A stretch of DNA of 64,000 nt from positions 297,329 through 361,328 of the forward strand of contig NZ_JAPNJX010000021.1 of the NCBI RefSeq assembly GCF_026626685.1, in the 5' to 3' direction. This document shows positions 20,901 through 29,268 of the stretch, one piece after another. Position 1 is the first letter of the stretch; each line of letters starts with the position of its first letter. This stretch comes from Nannocystis sp. SCPEA4 (GTDB lineage Bacteria > Myxococcota_A > Polyangia > Nannocystales > Nannocystaceae). Both the position numbers and the translations under genes were made by a program. Under the pieces are notes generated by a model. That model was not told where the DNA came from. It did not search any database and was given only the letters and a program-made list of their open reading frames with translations.

Positions 20901-21052
20901 GCGTGTCGCTCCTCGAGGCGCCGTTCGACGCCGTCGCCGTCGATTTCCCCGACCTCGACGGCGACGGCCGCCCCGATCTCGTCGCGCTCAGTTCGTTCGG
21001 GGACCTGTTCATCCGCCGCACCCGCGCGCGCGTCCCGGCACCCGCGCCCTAG
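17951..21052 (+). CDS. FG-GAP/VCBS-repeat lipoprotein, paralog of 12005..15106
   Basis: Start at ATG 17951 (MRQRRRSIPRLAGVAALGALLSLAC lipobox); ~50% identity to the first FG-GAP protein across its length with the same DxDGDG motifs; divergent from the S8 protease gene. Confidence 0.8.
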   Translation: MRQRRRSIPRLAGVAALGALLSLACRYEEPCGSLAPLCADAGRWRTTATRVHDAVVLDFDGDGEDEAVVLSRSSWLLALGYGDGWSSTIHFDREPVGLEALPGEVAVALSEPPQIEVFGVDDRGRLARRRTIPLSESPAALRACDLAGDGEPELIASLPERGRLAVVDPYAGDVREYPAGSRPSALAVGDVDGDARPDVVVVDEAAGALQVLRGAGDGRLLRPSPSPSSPQALWLELADHDGDGDLDAVTRDETNVRVHHNDGGRLASPSALAIAGDLPTGAGLVVGPAATNGLTGIGAPVTEKLRTWFGKGAAFLGHSDRYLREPVEWVGPGRDELVLVGGSRSLTRLRWGSSASVIEVWSSELGPWIGTGPALATGDLDGDHLLDFAATTGDTLRLFRGRADLGFESMAQFELDDYATAVAIADVTGDGRPEVVVNEQARARVFFRDDDGQFGAGLSFAPSVPPQALVALRTGPDQPVVIVAWPRPSFGLTETPGATLLRFAGDYTVALGELAEGLHVDALVAVDVDEDGVDEPLILGRRDGTVVLTRMTPAGEGFAPGPEHDLAALSGLPLEPDIFAFLAAADLDGDGEPEAFIDAPGGRLRIEGLADDAPQATFEEQLPPTDLRDVDGDGQLDAVYLFARYFYYYHGHGDGTFETELRGHMIRDNDAIFAADPAAQFDLLTLSNVVSAYLTRDTMSLRGAGDTFGFPGPAAEFVRADLDLDGLDDIVTMSADGGIAAMWGSETDPLERAESLDEHGMAVGDLDGDGRPEVLWLDGSGLYAQRAFPRRQEPELVLDDSEVGWIVRLVIADVDADARADLVALRVDDDQIALEVAHGTAEPLRFAPWRTIATVSEYDTAAMQIGDADGDGNLDVLVDPATTPSVLVRGLGSREWAEPEPLPGERALFSRAGADGRVDLLTQDGATIHRHTGGDPGRRSPLVTVDAAVLVGAADADGDGRYDLAVTDGERTSVWLLGDDGPTRVSLLEAPFDAVAVDFPDLDGDGRPDLVALSSFGDLFIRRTRARVPAPAP

Positions 21053-21171
21053 CGCCGCATTCGCGTCACTCGAACAGTCAGCGCATCCGAGCACGAAGTG
21101 GGCAAATACGGCGGGGGACGGCAGACCAATTCGCACGTCGGGTGGGCCCGGAGCGCGGTTATTTCCCCGTC

Positions 21172-21197
21172 ATTCACGCGTTCACGTGACGCTTCAC
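21172..21197 (+). promoter_or_regulatory. Three direct TTCACG repeats (TTCACGCG-TTCACGTG-N4-TTCACGAT) ~150 bp upstream of the Cys-rich peptide gene; candidate regulator-binding site
   Basis: Read directly from the sequence; spacings 8 and 12 bp. Confidence 0.3.
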
Positions 21198-21286
21198 GAT
21201 TTTTCGACTCGACGCAATTGATCGCGGAGCGGGCCTCACTGTCCCGGCGAGGGCGCTGATTCCAACGCCCGGTCCGAACCCTAAAT

Positions 21287-21305
21287 TCACGGCCGAGCGC
21301 CGTGA
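21287..21305 (+). promoter_or_regulatory. Perfect 7-bp inverted repeat TCACGGC-N5-GCCGTGA ~35 bp upstream of the peptide start; candidate operator
   Basis: Read directly from the sequence; shares the TCACG half-site with the upstream direct repeats. Confidence 0.3.
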
Positions 21306-21338
21306 GCAACACCGATAGATCGAGTCAAGGAGATATCC

Positions 21339-21581
21339 ATGCGTTCCATTCGTTCGTTCTCCGTCATCGCCATCGCTCTCTCGTTCGGCGCCATCGCCTT
21401 CGGGGCGCGCACCGCCCAGGCGAACATCTGCTGCAGCGCCCCGATCTGCCAGCAGGACTTCCCGCCGTCGCTGTGCGACCGCTGCACCCCGACCTGCGCC
21501 GAGGACGAGGCGCCCGCGGCCGCCGAGATCGTCTACGACGACGCCGAGCAGCTCTGCTACGTCGCCGGCGACGCCATCTGA
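21339..21581 (+). CDS. Small secreted cysteine-rich peptide/protein (80-aa precursor, ~52-aa mature form with 7 Cys)
   Basis: Excellent RBS AAGGAGA 7 nt upstream of ATG; Sec signal peptide MRSIRSFSVIAIALSFGAIAFGARTAQA|N; mature NICCSAPICQQDFPPSLCDRCTPTCAEDE...; high GC3 codon usage. Confidence 0.7.
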   Translation: MRSIRSFSVIAIALSFGAIAFGARTAQANICCSAPICQQDFPPSLCDRCTPTCAEDEAPAAAEIVYDDAEQLCYVAGDAI

Positions 21582-22335
21582 CGCTCGCACGGCCGGCGTG
21601 AGCCCCGGTGCGGCGCACCGTCCCCTCGTCCGGCCTCGCGCAGGTCCGGACGAGCCCGGACTGGTGAGACCTCCGGGGCTCTGCCGCCTCGTTCACCTGA
21701 CCCCCGGCGCGGCTCCTGCCGCCCGGGGTGTCCGCATGTCCCGCGGGACAGCCTGCGCATCCGCGGTGCACGTGCCCTGTCCTCGAGGTCACATATCATC
21801 ATTGCCTCGCGGCACGCCGCCTGGCCGGCACAGGTCGGCACGCCGATGACTCGGCCCCAGCACTCCGTCCCTGACATGACCCTTCAGACAGCTCGCCCGC
21901 TCATCCCCGCGGCCCGGCGACGCGCGCTCGCTCCAGTTCACCCGCGCACGCCACGCTCGACCTGACCCGGGGCCGCGACCGGAGCGATCCGGCAGCTCGC
22001 CGGACGCTCGTCCTGCGACACCGTGCCACCCGCGATCGGGAAGCGCCTGGGCCGCCGGCGCGCCCGGGCGAAGATGCCCTTCGGAACACGATCGTCGCAT
22101 CCGGCCCCAAAAGACAGGTTTACCGCCGGCCTGCGGGCCCCTGTCCGCCTTCATCCAGGACCGTCGGCTGCAGGCCAGATCGCCGCGGCCGGTGCGAGGG
22201 GCTTCCCCCGTGCGAACCCGCGCTCATGGATGGTTTTTCGGCTACCGAATCCGAGAGGTTCCACTCGTCGCCGATCGCGAGAAACCACCCGTCCCACGAT
22301 GCCGGATCGCCGGGGTCTTCCGCATCATCGCCGGC

Positions 22336-23820
22336 ATGACGCTGAAGATTGCAGGCAAGTGGTGGCTCGCGGTCCCGGTGGCGGTCGGGCTCGCAGGTTG
22401 CGGGGACTCCGGCAACGCGACGGGGACCGACTCCGGGACGATGACCCAGGGGACCGTGGATCCCACCCTCACGGGCACCGCCACCACGCCGACGACCAGC
22501 AACAGCGCGACCGACACGGACACCGGCGGGTCGATGTCGAACAGCGCGACGATGGCGACCACGAGCGTGCCGACGACGTCGACCACCGACGCGACGGCGA
22601 CGTTGACGGCCGGGCCGACCACCGACGCGACCACGACGACCACGAGCGACACGACCACCACCGGCACCACGACGAACACCGACACCACCGGCAACACCAC
22701 CGGCGGCGTGTGCCAGCCGGGCGACCCCGGCAACCCGGGCATGGCGGAGAAGAGCTACATCTTCATCCCCAGCCAGGACCTCGACGACGTCGCCAAGGTC
22801 AACACCCAGACCTTGATCGAGGAGGCGCGCTACAAGATCGGTCCCGGAGGCGAGAGCGCCTCGCGCACGGCGGTCAGCGCCGACGGCCGCTACGTCGTCG
22901 TCAACAACCGCCAGACCGGGCGCAGCACCATGCTCGCCGCCAACGTCGACGACTGCGTCGACACCAACGGCAACGGCATGATCGACACCTCGCAGAGCAG
23001 CGCCGACGTGCGCCCGTGGGGCCAGGACGAGTGCATCCTCTGGCAGATCCAGTGGCCCTACGGCGGCGCCTGGGACGACGGCCCGCGCGGCGTGACCTGG
23101 ACGCCCGGCACCTGGGACACCAACGTCTGCGCCTACGTCGATCCGAAGGTGTGGATCGGCTACATGGCGGCCGATCAGACCAGCGTGCACCTCGTGCGCG
23201 TGGCCGTGAACGGCACCGTCGAGGAGACCATCGCCGTGCCGGGCTGGAACGGCAGCGGCTTCGCGCCCTACGGCGCCGCGCTCGACCCCGACTTCAAGCC
23301 GTGGTTCTCGAGCCTGCGCGGCGAGTTCGTGCGCGTCAACACCGACGTGAACCCGATCACCGTCGACCGCTTCACCCCGCCGGGCAACGTGCAGTCGTAC
23401 GGCTTCACCGTCGACCCCGACGGCGACCCGTGGTTCGGCGGCAACTGCGGCCCGATCACCCGCTTCGACCCCGACACGATGCAGTTCATCGCCATCCCCG
23501 GGACCGAGGGCGGCTGCTGGCGCGGCGTCACGGCCGACAAGAACTTCACGTGGGTCGCCAACAACCAGCCGTGCGCGCTGGCCCAGGTCGATCGCACCAC
23601 CAACACCCTCGTCGCCCAGCACAACACCAACCCGTGCTCGACCGCCATCGGCCTCAGCGTCGACATCGAGGACTACGTGTGGCTCGTCGATCAGGGCGGC
23701 TGGGCGTGGAAGATCGATCCCGACAACGTCGCGGGCATGCAGCAGGTCATCGTCCCCGGCAGCCACTACGTCTACTCCGACATGACGGGCGGCCAGCTGA
23801 AGAGCGTCATCCCGATGTGA
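22336..23820 (+). CDS. Lipoprotein with a long T/S-rich linker and a C-terminal beta-rich (propeller-like) domain, function unknown
   Basis: Start at MTLKIAGKWWLAVPVAVGLAGC (lipobox); ~110-aa T/S/D/G linker; W/G-rich C-terminal domain. The listed ORF starts 48 codons upstream; that 5' extension is less plausible. Confidence 0.65.
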   Translation: MTLKIAGKWWLAVPVAVGLAGCGDSGNATGTDSGTMTQGTVDPTLTGTATTPTTSNSATDTDTGGSMSNSATMATTSVPTTSTTDATATLTAGPTTDATTTTTSDTTTTGTTTNTDTTGNTTGGVCQPGDPGNPGMAEKSYIFIPSQDLDDVAKVNTQTLIEEARYKIGPGGESASRTAVSADGRYVVVNNRQTGRSTMLAANVDDCVDTNGNGMIDTSQSSADVRPWGQDECILWQIQWPYGGAWDDGPRGVTWTPGTWDTNVCAYVDPKVWIGYMAADQTSVHLVRVAVNGTVEETIAVPGWNGSGFAPYGAALDPDFKPWFSSLRGEFVRVNTDVNPITVDRFTPPGNVQSYGFTVDPDGDPWFGGNCGPITRFDPDTMQFIAIPGTEGGCWRGVTADKNFTWVANNQPCALAQVDRTTNTLVAQHNTNPCSTAIGLSVDIEDYVWLVDQGGWAWKIDPDNVAGMQQVIVPGSHYVYSDMTGGQLKSVIPM

Positions 23821-24118
23821 TGCCGCCCCGGGGCCGCCGCCGTCGCGCGCCTCGTCCCTCCCGGACGTGCTGGCGGGGCGCGCGGCTCGGCCATGGAAAT
23901 GTTGCCAGTGCTGCACTCATTGTGAGCAGGCCTGGTCGACGCGGGCCCCGGGTCGCGCCGTCGGGAGATTCAGCACGTGGCGGTCGGGCTCGCGCTCGAT
24001 CGCTGCGTCGAGGGCCTCTCGCAGCGGTGATGCGGGCCGTCCGCCGCCGCCGCCGCGCGGAAGCGAGCGCCCACATGCGCTCACCCAACGCCGTCGCGGC
24101 GAGGCACACTGAGCCGGC

Positions 24119-27100
24119 ATGAGCGCCGGCGACTACGAGATCGCGGAGCAGCTCCACGACGGTCGGACCTCGCAGGTGTTCCGCGGGGTCCGTCGTCGCG
24201 ACGGCGCGCGCGTGATCCTCAAGGCCCTGCGGCGCGAGTACAGCGACAGCGCCGGCGCGGCGCGGCTCGAGCGGGAGGCCGAGCTGCTGCGTCGCTGCGC
24301 CGGGCCGGCGGTGCCCGAGGTGCTCGCGCTCGAGCGCTGGGACACCAGCCCCGTGTTGGTCCTGCGCGACATCGGCGGGCTCGCGCTGCACCGCTACCGC
24401 AAGGGGCGCGAGCTCTCGCTGGTGGCCCGCCTCGACCTCGCGCTGGCGGCGAGCGGCGTGCTCGCGCTGGTGCACGCCGCCGGTGTGGTCCACCGCGACA
24501 TCAAGCCGGCCAACATCATCGTCCACGGCGAGGGCGAGCGCGTGCAGCTGATCGACTTCAGCGCCGCCGCGGCCGGCGAGGGCACGCTGCAGTACATGTC
24601 GCCCGAGGCGACCGGCCGCACCGGCCGCGACGTCGACCCGCGCAGCGACTACTACGCGCTCGGCGTCACCCTCTACGAGCTGTTCACCGGGCGCCTGCCG
24701 TTCGCCAGCGACGACCCGCTCGAGCTGGTCCACGCCCACCTCGCGCGCGTGCCCGCGGCCCCGGCCGCGCTCGAACCTGTCCTCGGGGACACGCTGTCGC
24801 GGATCGTCCTGCGCCTGCTCGAGAAGAGCCCCGAGGCCCGCTACCAGAGCCTCGACGGCCTGCGCCACGACCTCGCCCGCTGCCGCGACGCGTTCGCCCG
24901 CGGCGAGGTCCCCGAATTCACGCCGGCCACGCGCGACCGTCCGCCGGGACTGCAGCTGCCGACGACCCTGTTCGGCCGCGACCGCGAGCTCGCCGAGCTC
25001 CTGTCCGTTTGGACAGGCGTACGCGCCGGCGCCCGCGCCCTCGCGCTGGTGGCCGGCCCCTCGGGCGCGGGCAAGTCGAGCATCCTGCGCGCGCTCGCCG
25101 GGGCCGTGCGCGAGGCCGGTGGCCGCTTCGTCACCGGGCGCTTCGAACAGGTCGAAAGGGTCATCCCCTACGCCGGCCTCCTGGCCGCGCTCGACCGCCT
25201 GCTGCGCCGCGCCCTCGCCGAGCCCGAGGAGCGCCTCGCCGCCACCCGCACCGCCCTGCTCGCCGCCCTCGGCGACAGCGCGGCCGGCCTCGCCGACGTC
25301 CTGCCCGCGCTCGCGCTCGTCACCGGCGTCCGCCCGCGCCCGATCGAGGCCCTGCCCGCCGAGGCCGCCGGTCGCTTCCACGCCGCCGTCACCCGCCTCG
25401 TGCGCGTGTTCGCCGGCCCCGACGCCCCGCTCGTGCTCGCCGTCGACGACCTCCAGTGGGCCGACCCCGCCAGCGTCCGCCTGCTCGACGAGCTCGCGCG
25501 CGAGCCCGGCCTCGATCACCTGCTCCTCGTCGGCTGCTACCGCGACGACGAGCTGGCCGCCGGTCACCCGCTGCGCGGGCTCGTGGCCGACCTGCGCGTC
25601 CACCTCGGCCCGCTCGCCGCCGCCGACGTCGCGCAGCTGATCGGCGAGACGCTCGCCTGGCCCGAAAGACAGGCCGAGGCCCTCGCCGCCGTCGTCGCCG
25701 CCAACACCGACAACAACCCGCTGTTCGTGCGCGCCTACCTGCGCTGGCTGTTCGACCAGGGCCTGCTCGTGTGGTCGCCCGAGCACCAGGGCTGGGCCTG
25801 GGACGCCGCCCGCACCGCCCGCGCCGCTCCCGGCGACGACATCGTCGCGCTGATGACCCGCCGCCTCGCCGCCCTCGACCCCGACGTCCGCGCCGCGCTC
25901 GAGGCCGCGGCCTGCATCGGCGCCCGCTTCGACGTCGCCCGCCTGGCCGGCCTGCTCGGCCGCGACCCGGCCGCCGTCAAGGCCGCGCTCGCACAGGCGA
26001 TCGAGCGCAACCTCGTGCTCGCCGCCGACGCCGACGTCTACGAGTTCGTCCACGACCGCGTGCAGCAGGCCGCCTACGCCGCGCTCGCGCCCGCGGAGCG
26101 CCTGCGCCTCCACCTCGCGCTGGCCCGCGGCCTGCTCCGCGACGCCGCACCACCTGTCCTCGAGGACATGCTCTTCGAGATCGTCGGCCACTACAACCTC
26201 GCCGCCGCCGGCCTCGCGGACCCCGACGAGCGCCTGCGCCTGGCCGAGCTCGACCTCGCGGCCGGCCGCAAGGCCAGGGGCGCCGCCGCCTTCGCCTCCG
26301 CGGTGCAGCTGCTGCGCCAGGGCATCGCCGCCCTGCCCGACGACGCCTGGTCGACCCACTACCCGCTGGCCTTCGCGCTGCACCGCGACTGCATGGAGTG
26401 CGAGCACTTCGCCGGCGACCCCGACGCCGCCGAGGCCCGCTTCGCCCCGCTGCTGGCCCGCGCCCGCGACGACGTCGACCGCGCCGCCGTCCACGACCTC
26501 AAGGTCGGGCTCGAGACCGACCGCGCCAACGTCCAGGCCGCGCTCGTGGCCGGCCGCGCCGGCCTCGCCCTGCTCGGCGTGCAGGTGCCCGCCAGCGCCT
26601 CGCGCCTGAGCCTCCTGCGCGAGCTGGCGACCGTCCGCTGGCTCCGCGGCCGCGCCCCGCTGCGCGACCTCGCCGACCTGCCCGAGGCCCAGGACGTCCG
26701 GATCCGCCGCTCCCTGCGGCTCCTGTGCACGATGTGCGTCTCGGCCTACTACCACCAGCCCGACCTCGCCCTGGTGTACGGCCTGCGCGCGCTGGTCCTC
26801 GCGCTGCGCCACGGCGTGATCGGCGAGTCGGCGATCGCCGTCGCCCTCTACGCCTTCATCCACGTCCACATGTTCAACGACCCCGCCGGCGGCCGGGCCC
26901 TGCAGGACGCCGCCTACGCCCTCGCCGATCGCTTCGGCGACCCGCGGATCCGCCCGCAGCTGGCCAACTACTGCGGCGTCTACGTCGACGCCTGGCTCGA
27001 GCCGCTGGCCGCCGTGGCCCCGCGGCTCGAGCGGGAGATCGATCGCGCGATCCAGATCGGCGACCCGTCGATGGCGCTCTACATCGCCGCCGGCGCGATG

Positions 27101-29155
27101 TACGGCCGCTGGCTCGGCCTCGGCGACCTCGATCAGCTGCAGGCCAGCGCCCGCGCCATGGGCTCGATCGGCGCGCGCCTGCCCGGCCTCGATCAGCGCA
27201 GCTGGCACCTGATGTTCGTGCGCACCTGCATGGCCCTGCGCGGCGAGACCGACGGCCCGACCTCGCTCTCGAGCCCCGGCTGGGACGAGGACAGCCTCGT
27301 CGACGAGCTCGGCCCGCACAGCCGCGCCCTCTCCTCGGCCTACCACCTCGTCAAGCTGGCCCTCCTCTACCACCACGGCGCCTACGACCAGGCCCGCGCG
27401 CTGTCGAAGCGAATGCGCTGGGCTCGCGCCGAGGGCACCCTCCTGCTCGTCGATCAGATCACTCTCGGGCTGCTCGCCCTCACCGGTCCCGGCGAGCCGC
27501 TGCGGCCCAAGGCCCAGCGACGCGCCCTCGCCTGGCTCGGCCACCTGCGCCGCTGGGCCGAGCTGTGCAAGGAAAACATCGAGGGCCGCCTGCTGCTCGC
27601 CGAGGCCGAGCTGGCCCGCTGCCGCGGCGACCACGACCAGGCCGCCCTGCTCTACCCGCGCGCCGTCGAGTCCGCCCGCCGCGCCGGTCACCTGCGCATC
27701 GAGGCCCTCGCGCTCGAGCGAGCCGGCCGGCACGCCCTGGCTCGCGACTTACATGTCCTTGCGACCATGTACCTCGGGGCAGCCGCGGATGGCTACGACC
27801 GCTGGGGCGCCCGCACCCTCGCCGCCCGCCTGCGCGCCGAGTTCCCCGGCCTCGCCGCCCCCGCCGCCCCCGTGGCTCCGCCGCCGCCTGGCCCGCCCAG
27901 CTCCGGCGCCGAGGCGATCGACGTCGCCGCCCTCCTGCGCAGCACGCGGGCGATCACCGGCGAGCTCGTGCTCCCGCGGCTGCTGCGCGCCCTCGTGCGC
28001 ACCGTCGTCGAGGTCGCCGGCGCCCGCCGCTGCTTCGTCCTGCTGGCCGGCGACGGCGGCCTGCAGATCGCCGCCGCCGCCGACGTCGCCGCCGACCGGC
28101 TCGACGTCTTGCAATCTCGGGCCATGTCCGAAGAGCCAGGTCTTCCGCAGTCGCTGGTCCACTTCGTCGCCCGCACCCGGCGCGACGTCGTCCTCGCCGA
28201 CGCCGCCGTCGACCACGACTTCGCCGGCGACCCCGCGCTGGCCGGCGTGCGCTCGGTCCTGTGCGCGCCGATCCTCGGCCACGGCGGGCTCGTCGGCGTC
28301 CTCTACCTCGACAACGACCTCGCCCCGCACACCTTCGGCAGCGGCCGCCTCGTGCTGCTGCGCCACCTCGCCGCCCAGATCGCCACCTCGATCGACAACG
28401 CCCGCCTCTACGAGGACCTGGCCCGCGCCCGCGACGCGGCCGTGCGCACCGACCGGCTCAAGACCCGCTTCTTGCTCAACATGAGCCACGAGCTGCGCAC
28501 CCCGCTCAACGCCGTGATCGGCTACGCCGAGCTGATCCGCGAGTCGGCGGCCGAGGGCGACCTCGCGGCGATCGACGCCGACACCGACCGGATCCGCCGC
28601 GCCGCCGTCCGCCTGGTCCGCACGCTCACCAACATCCTCGAGCTGTCGCGGCTCGAGGCCGACGACGTGGTGAAGCCCGCGCGCGTCGCCGTCGATCCGG
28701 CCGCGATCGTGCGCGAGGCGGTGGCCGCCTGCGAGGCCGAGGCGCACGCGCGCGGCGACGCGCTCGCCCTCGACCTCGACCCGACGCTCGGCGTCTGCCT
28801 GACCGATCCCGGCATGTTCGCCCACTGCGTGCAGACCCTCGTCGACAACGCGGTGCACTTCACCTCGCGCGGCCGCGTCGCCGTCCGCCTCGCCGCCGTG
28901 ATCCGGGGCGACGCGCCGTGGCTCGAGCTGCGCGTCGCCGACACCGGGGTCGGCATCGCGGCCGATGATCTGCCGCGCCTGTTCGTCGCCTTCCAGCCGC
29001 TCGACGACGCGCCCACGCGGGCCCACGAGGGCAGCGGCGTGAGCCTCGCACTCGCCCATCGGTTCGCCCGCCTCCTCGGCGGCGACATCGACGTCGCCAG
29101 CTTCCCGGGCCGCGGCTCGACCTTCGTGCTGCGTCTCCCGGCGCCGCGCGAGTGA
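24119..29155 (+). CDS. Multidomain sensor: Ser/Thr kinase - AAA+/STAND ATPase - TPR-like helical region - GAF - histidine kinase (HisKA + HATPase_c)
   Basis: Kinase motifs VILKAL, HRDIKPAN, DFS, SPE. P-loop GPSGAGKSS. GAF-like region. H-box LNMSHELRTPLNAVIGYAEL. N/G boxes ...VADTGVGI...GSGVSLALA. Continuous 1678-aa ORF. Confidence 0.8.
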   Translation: MSAGDYEIAEQLHDGRTSQVFRGVRRRDGARVILKALRREYSDSAGAARLEREAELLRRCAGPAVPEVLALERWDTSPVLVLRDIGGLALHRYRKGRELSLVARLDLALAASGVLALVHAAGVVHRDIKPANIIVHGEGERVQLIDFSAAAAGEGTLQYMSPEATGRTGRDVDPRSDYYALGVTLYELFTGRLPFASDDPLELVHAHLARVPAAPAALEPVLGDTLSRIVLRLLEKSPEARYQSLDGLRHDLARCRDAFARGEVPEFTPATRDRPPGLQLPTTLFGRDRELAELLSVWTGVRAGARALALVAGPSGAGKSSILRALAGAVREAGGRFVTGRFEQVERVIPYAGLLAALDRLLRRALAEPEERLAATRTALLAALGDSAAGLADVLPALALVTGVRPRPIEALPAEAAGRFHAAVTRLVRVFAGPDAPLVLAVDDLQWADPASVRLLDELAREPGLDHLLLVGCYRDDELAAGHPLRGLVADLRVHLGPLAAADVAQLIGETLAWPERQAEALAAVVAANTDNNPLFVRAYLRWLFDQGLLVWSPEHQGWAWDAARTARAAPGDDIVALMTRRLAALDPDVRAALEAAACIGARFDVARLAGLLGRDPAAVKAALAQAIERNLVLAADADVYEFVHDRVQQAAYAALAPAERLRLHLALARGLLRDAAPPVLEDMLFEIVGHYNLAAAGLADPDERLRLAELDLAAGRKARGAAAFASAVQLLRQGIAALPDDAWSTHYPLAFALHRDCMECEHFAGDPDAAEARFAPLLARARDDVDRAAVHDLKVGLETDRANVQAALVAGRAGLALLGVQVPASASRLSLLRELATVRWLRGRAPLRDLADLPEAQDVRIRRSLRLLCTMCVSAYYHQPDLALVYGLRALVLALRHGVIGESAIAVALYAFIHVHMFNDPAGGRALQDAAYALADRFGDPRIRPQLANYCGVYVDAWLEPLAAVAPRLEREIDRAIQIGDPSMALYIAAGAMYGRWLGLGDLDQLQASARAMGSIGARLPGLDQRSWHLMFVRTCMALRGETDGPTSLSSPGWDEDSLVDELGPHSRALSSAYHLVKLALLYHHGAYDQARALSKRMRWARAEGTLLLVDQITLGLLALTGPGEPLRPKAQRRALAWLGHLRRWAELCKENIEGRLLLAEAELARCRGDHDQAALLYPRAVESARRAGHLRIEALALERAGRHALARDLHVLATMYLGAAADGYDRWGARTLAARLRAEFPGLAAPAAPVAPPPPGPPSSGAEAIDVAALLRSTRAITGELVLPRLLRALVRTVVEVAGARRCFVLLAGDGGLQIAAAADVAADRLDVLQSRAMSEEPGLPQSLVHFVARTRRDVVLADAAVDHDFAGDPALAGVRSVLCAPILGHGGLVGVLYLDNDLAPHTFGSGRLVLLRHLAAQIATSIDNARLYEDLARARDAAVRTDRLKTRFLLNMSHELRTPLNAVIGYAELIRESAAEGDLAAIDADTDRIRRAAVRLVRTLTNILELSRLEADDVVKPARVAVDPAAIVREAVAACEAEAHARGDALALDLDPTLGVCLTDPGMFAHCVQTLVDNAVHFTSRGRVAVRLAAVIRGDAPWLELRVADTGVGIAADDLPRLFVAFQPLDDAPTRAHEGSGVSLALAHRFARLLGGDIDVASFPGRGSTFVLRLPAPRE

Positions 29156-29268
29156 TGCTCCGGCCCACGCCCTGCCACCTGTGACCCCCGACCCGCAGCG
29201 CCGGTGCGTCCGCGCCGCGGCGACGTCGCCTCGACAAGCTGCACCGCCTCCGGCATCCTCGCCCTGGC

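Noticed and set aside
21598-21640. Possible terminator hairpin (GGTGCG-gc-CGCACC) after the Cys-rich peptide gene
   Set aside because: The loop is only 2 nt and no T-rich tract follows; intrinsic terminators are hard to call in high-GC genomes.
27746-27769. Two-unit match to the element (TTACATGTCC-ttgc-GACCATGTAC) inside the 5-kb kinase gene
   Set aside because: It lies in-frame within a continuous domain (…ARDLHVLATMYLGAA…). With only two degenerate units this could be chance, so I did not use it as evidence that the gene is split.
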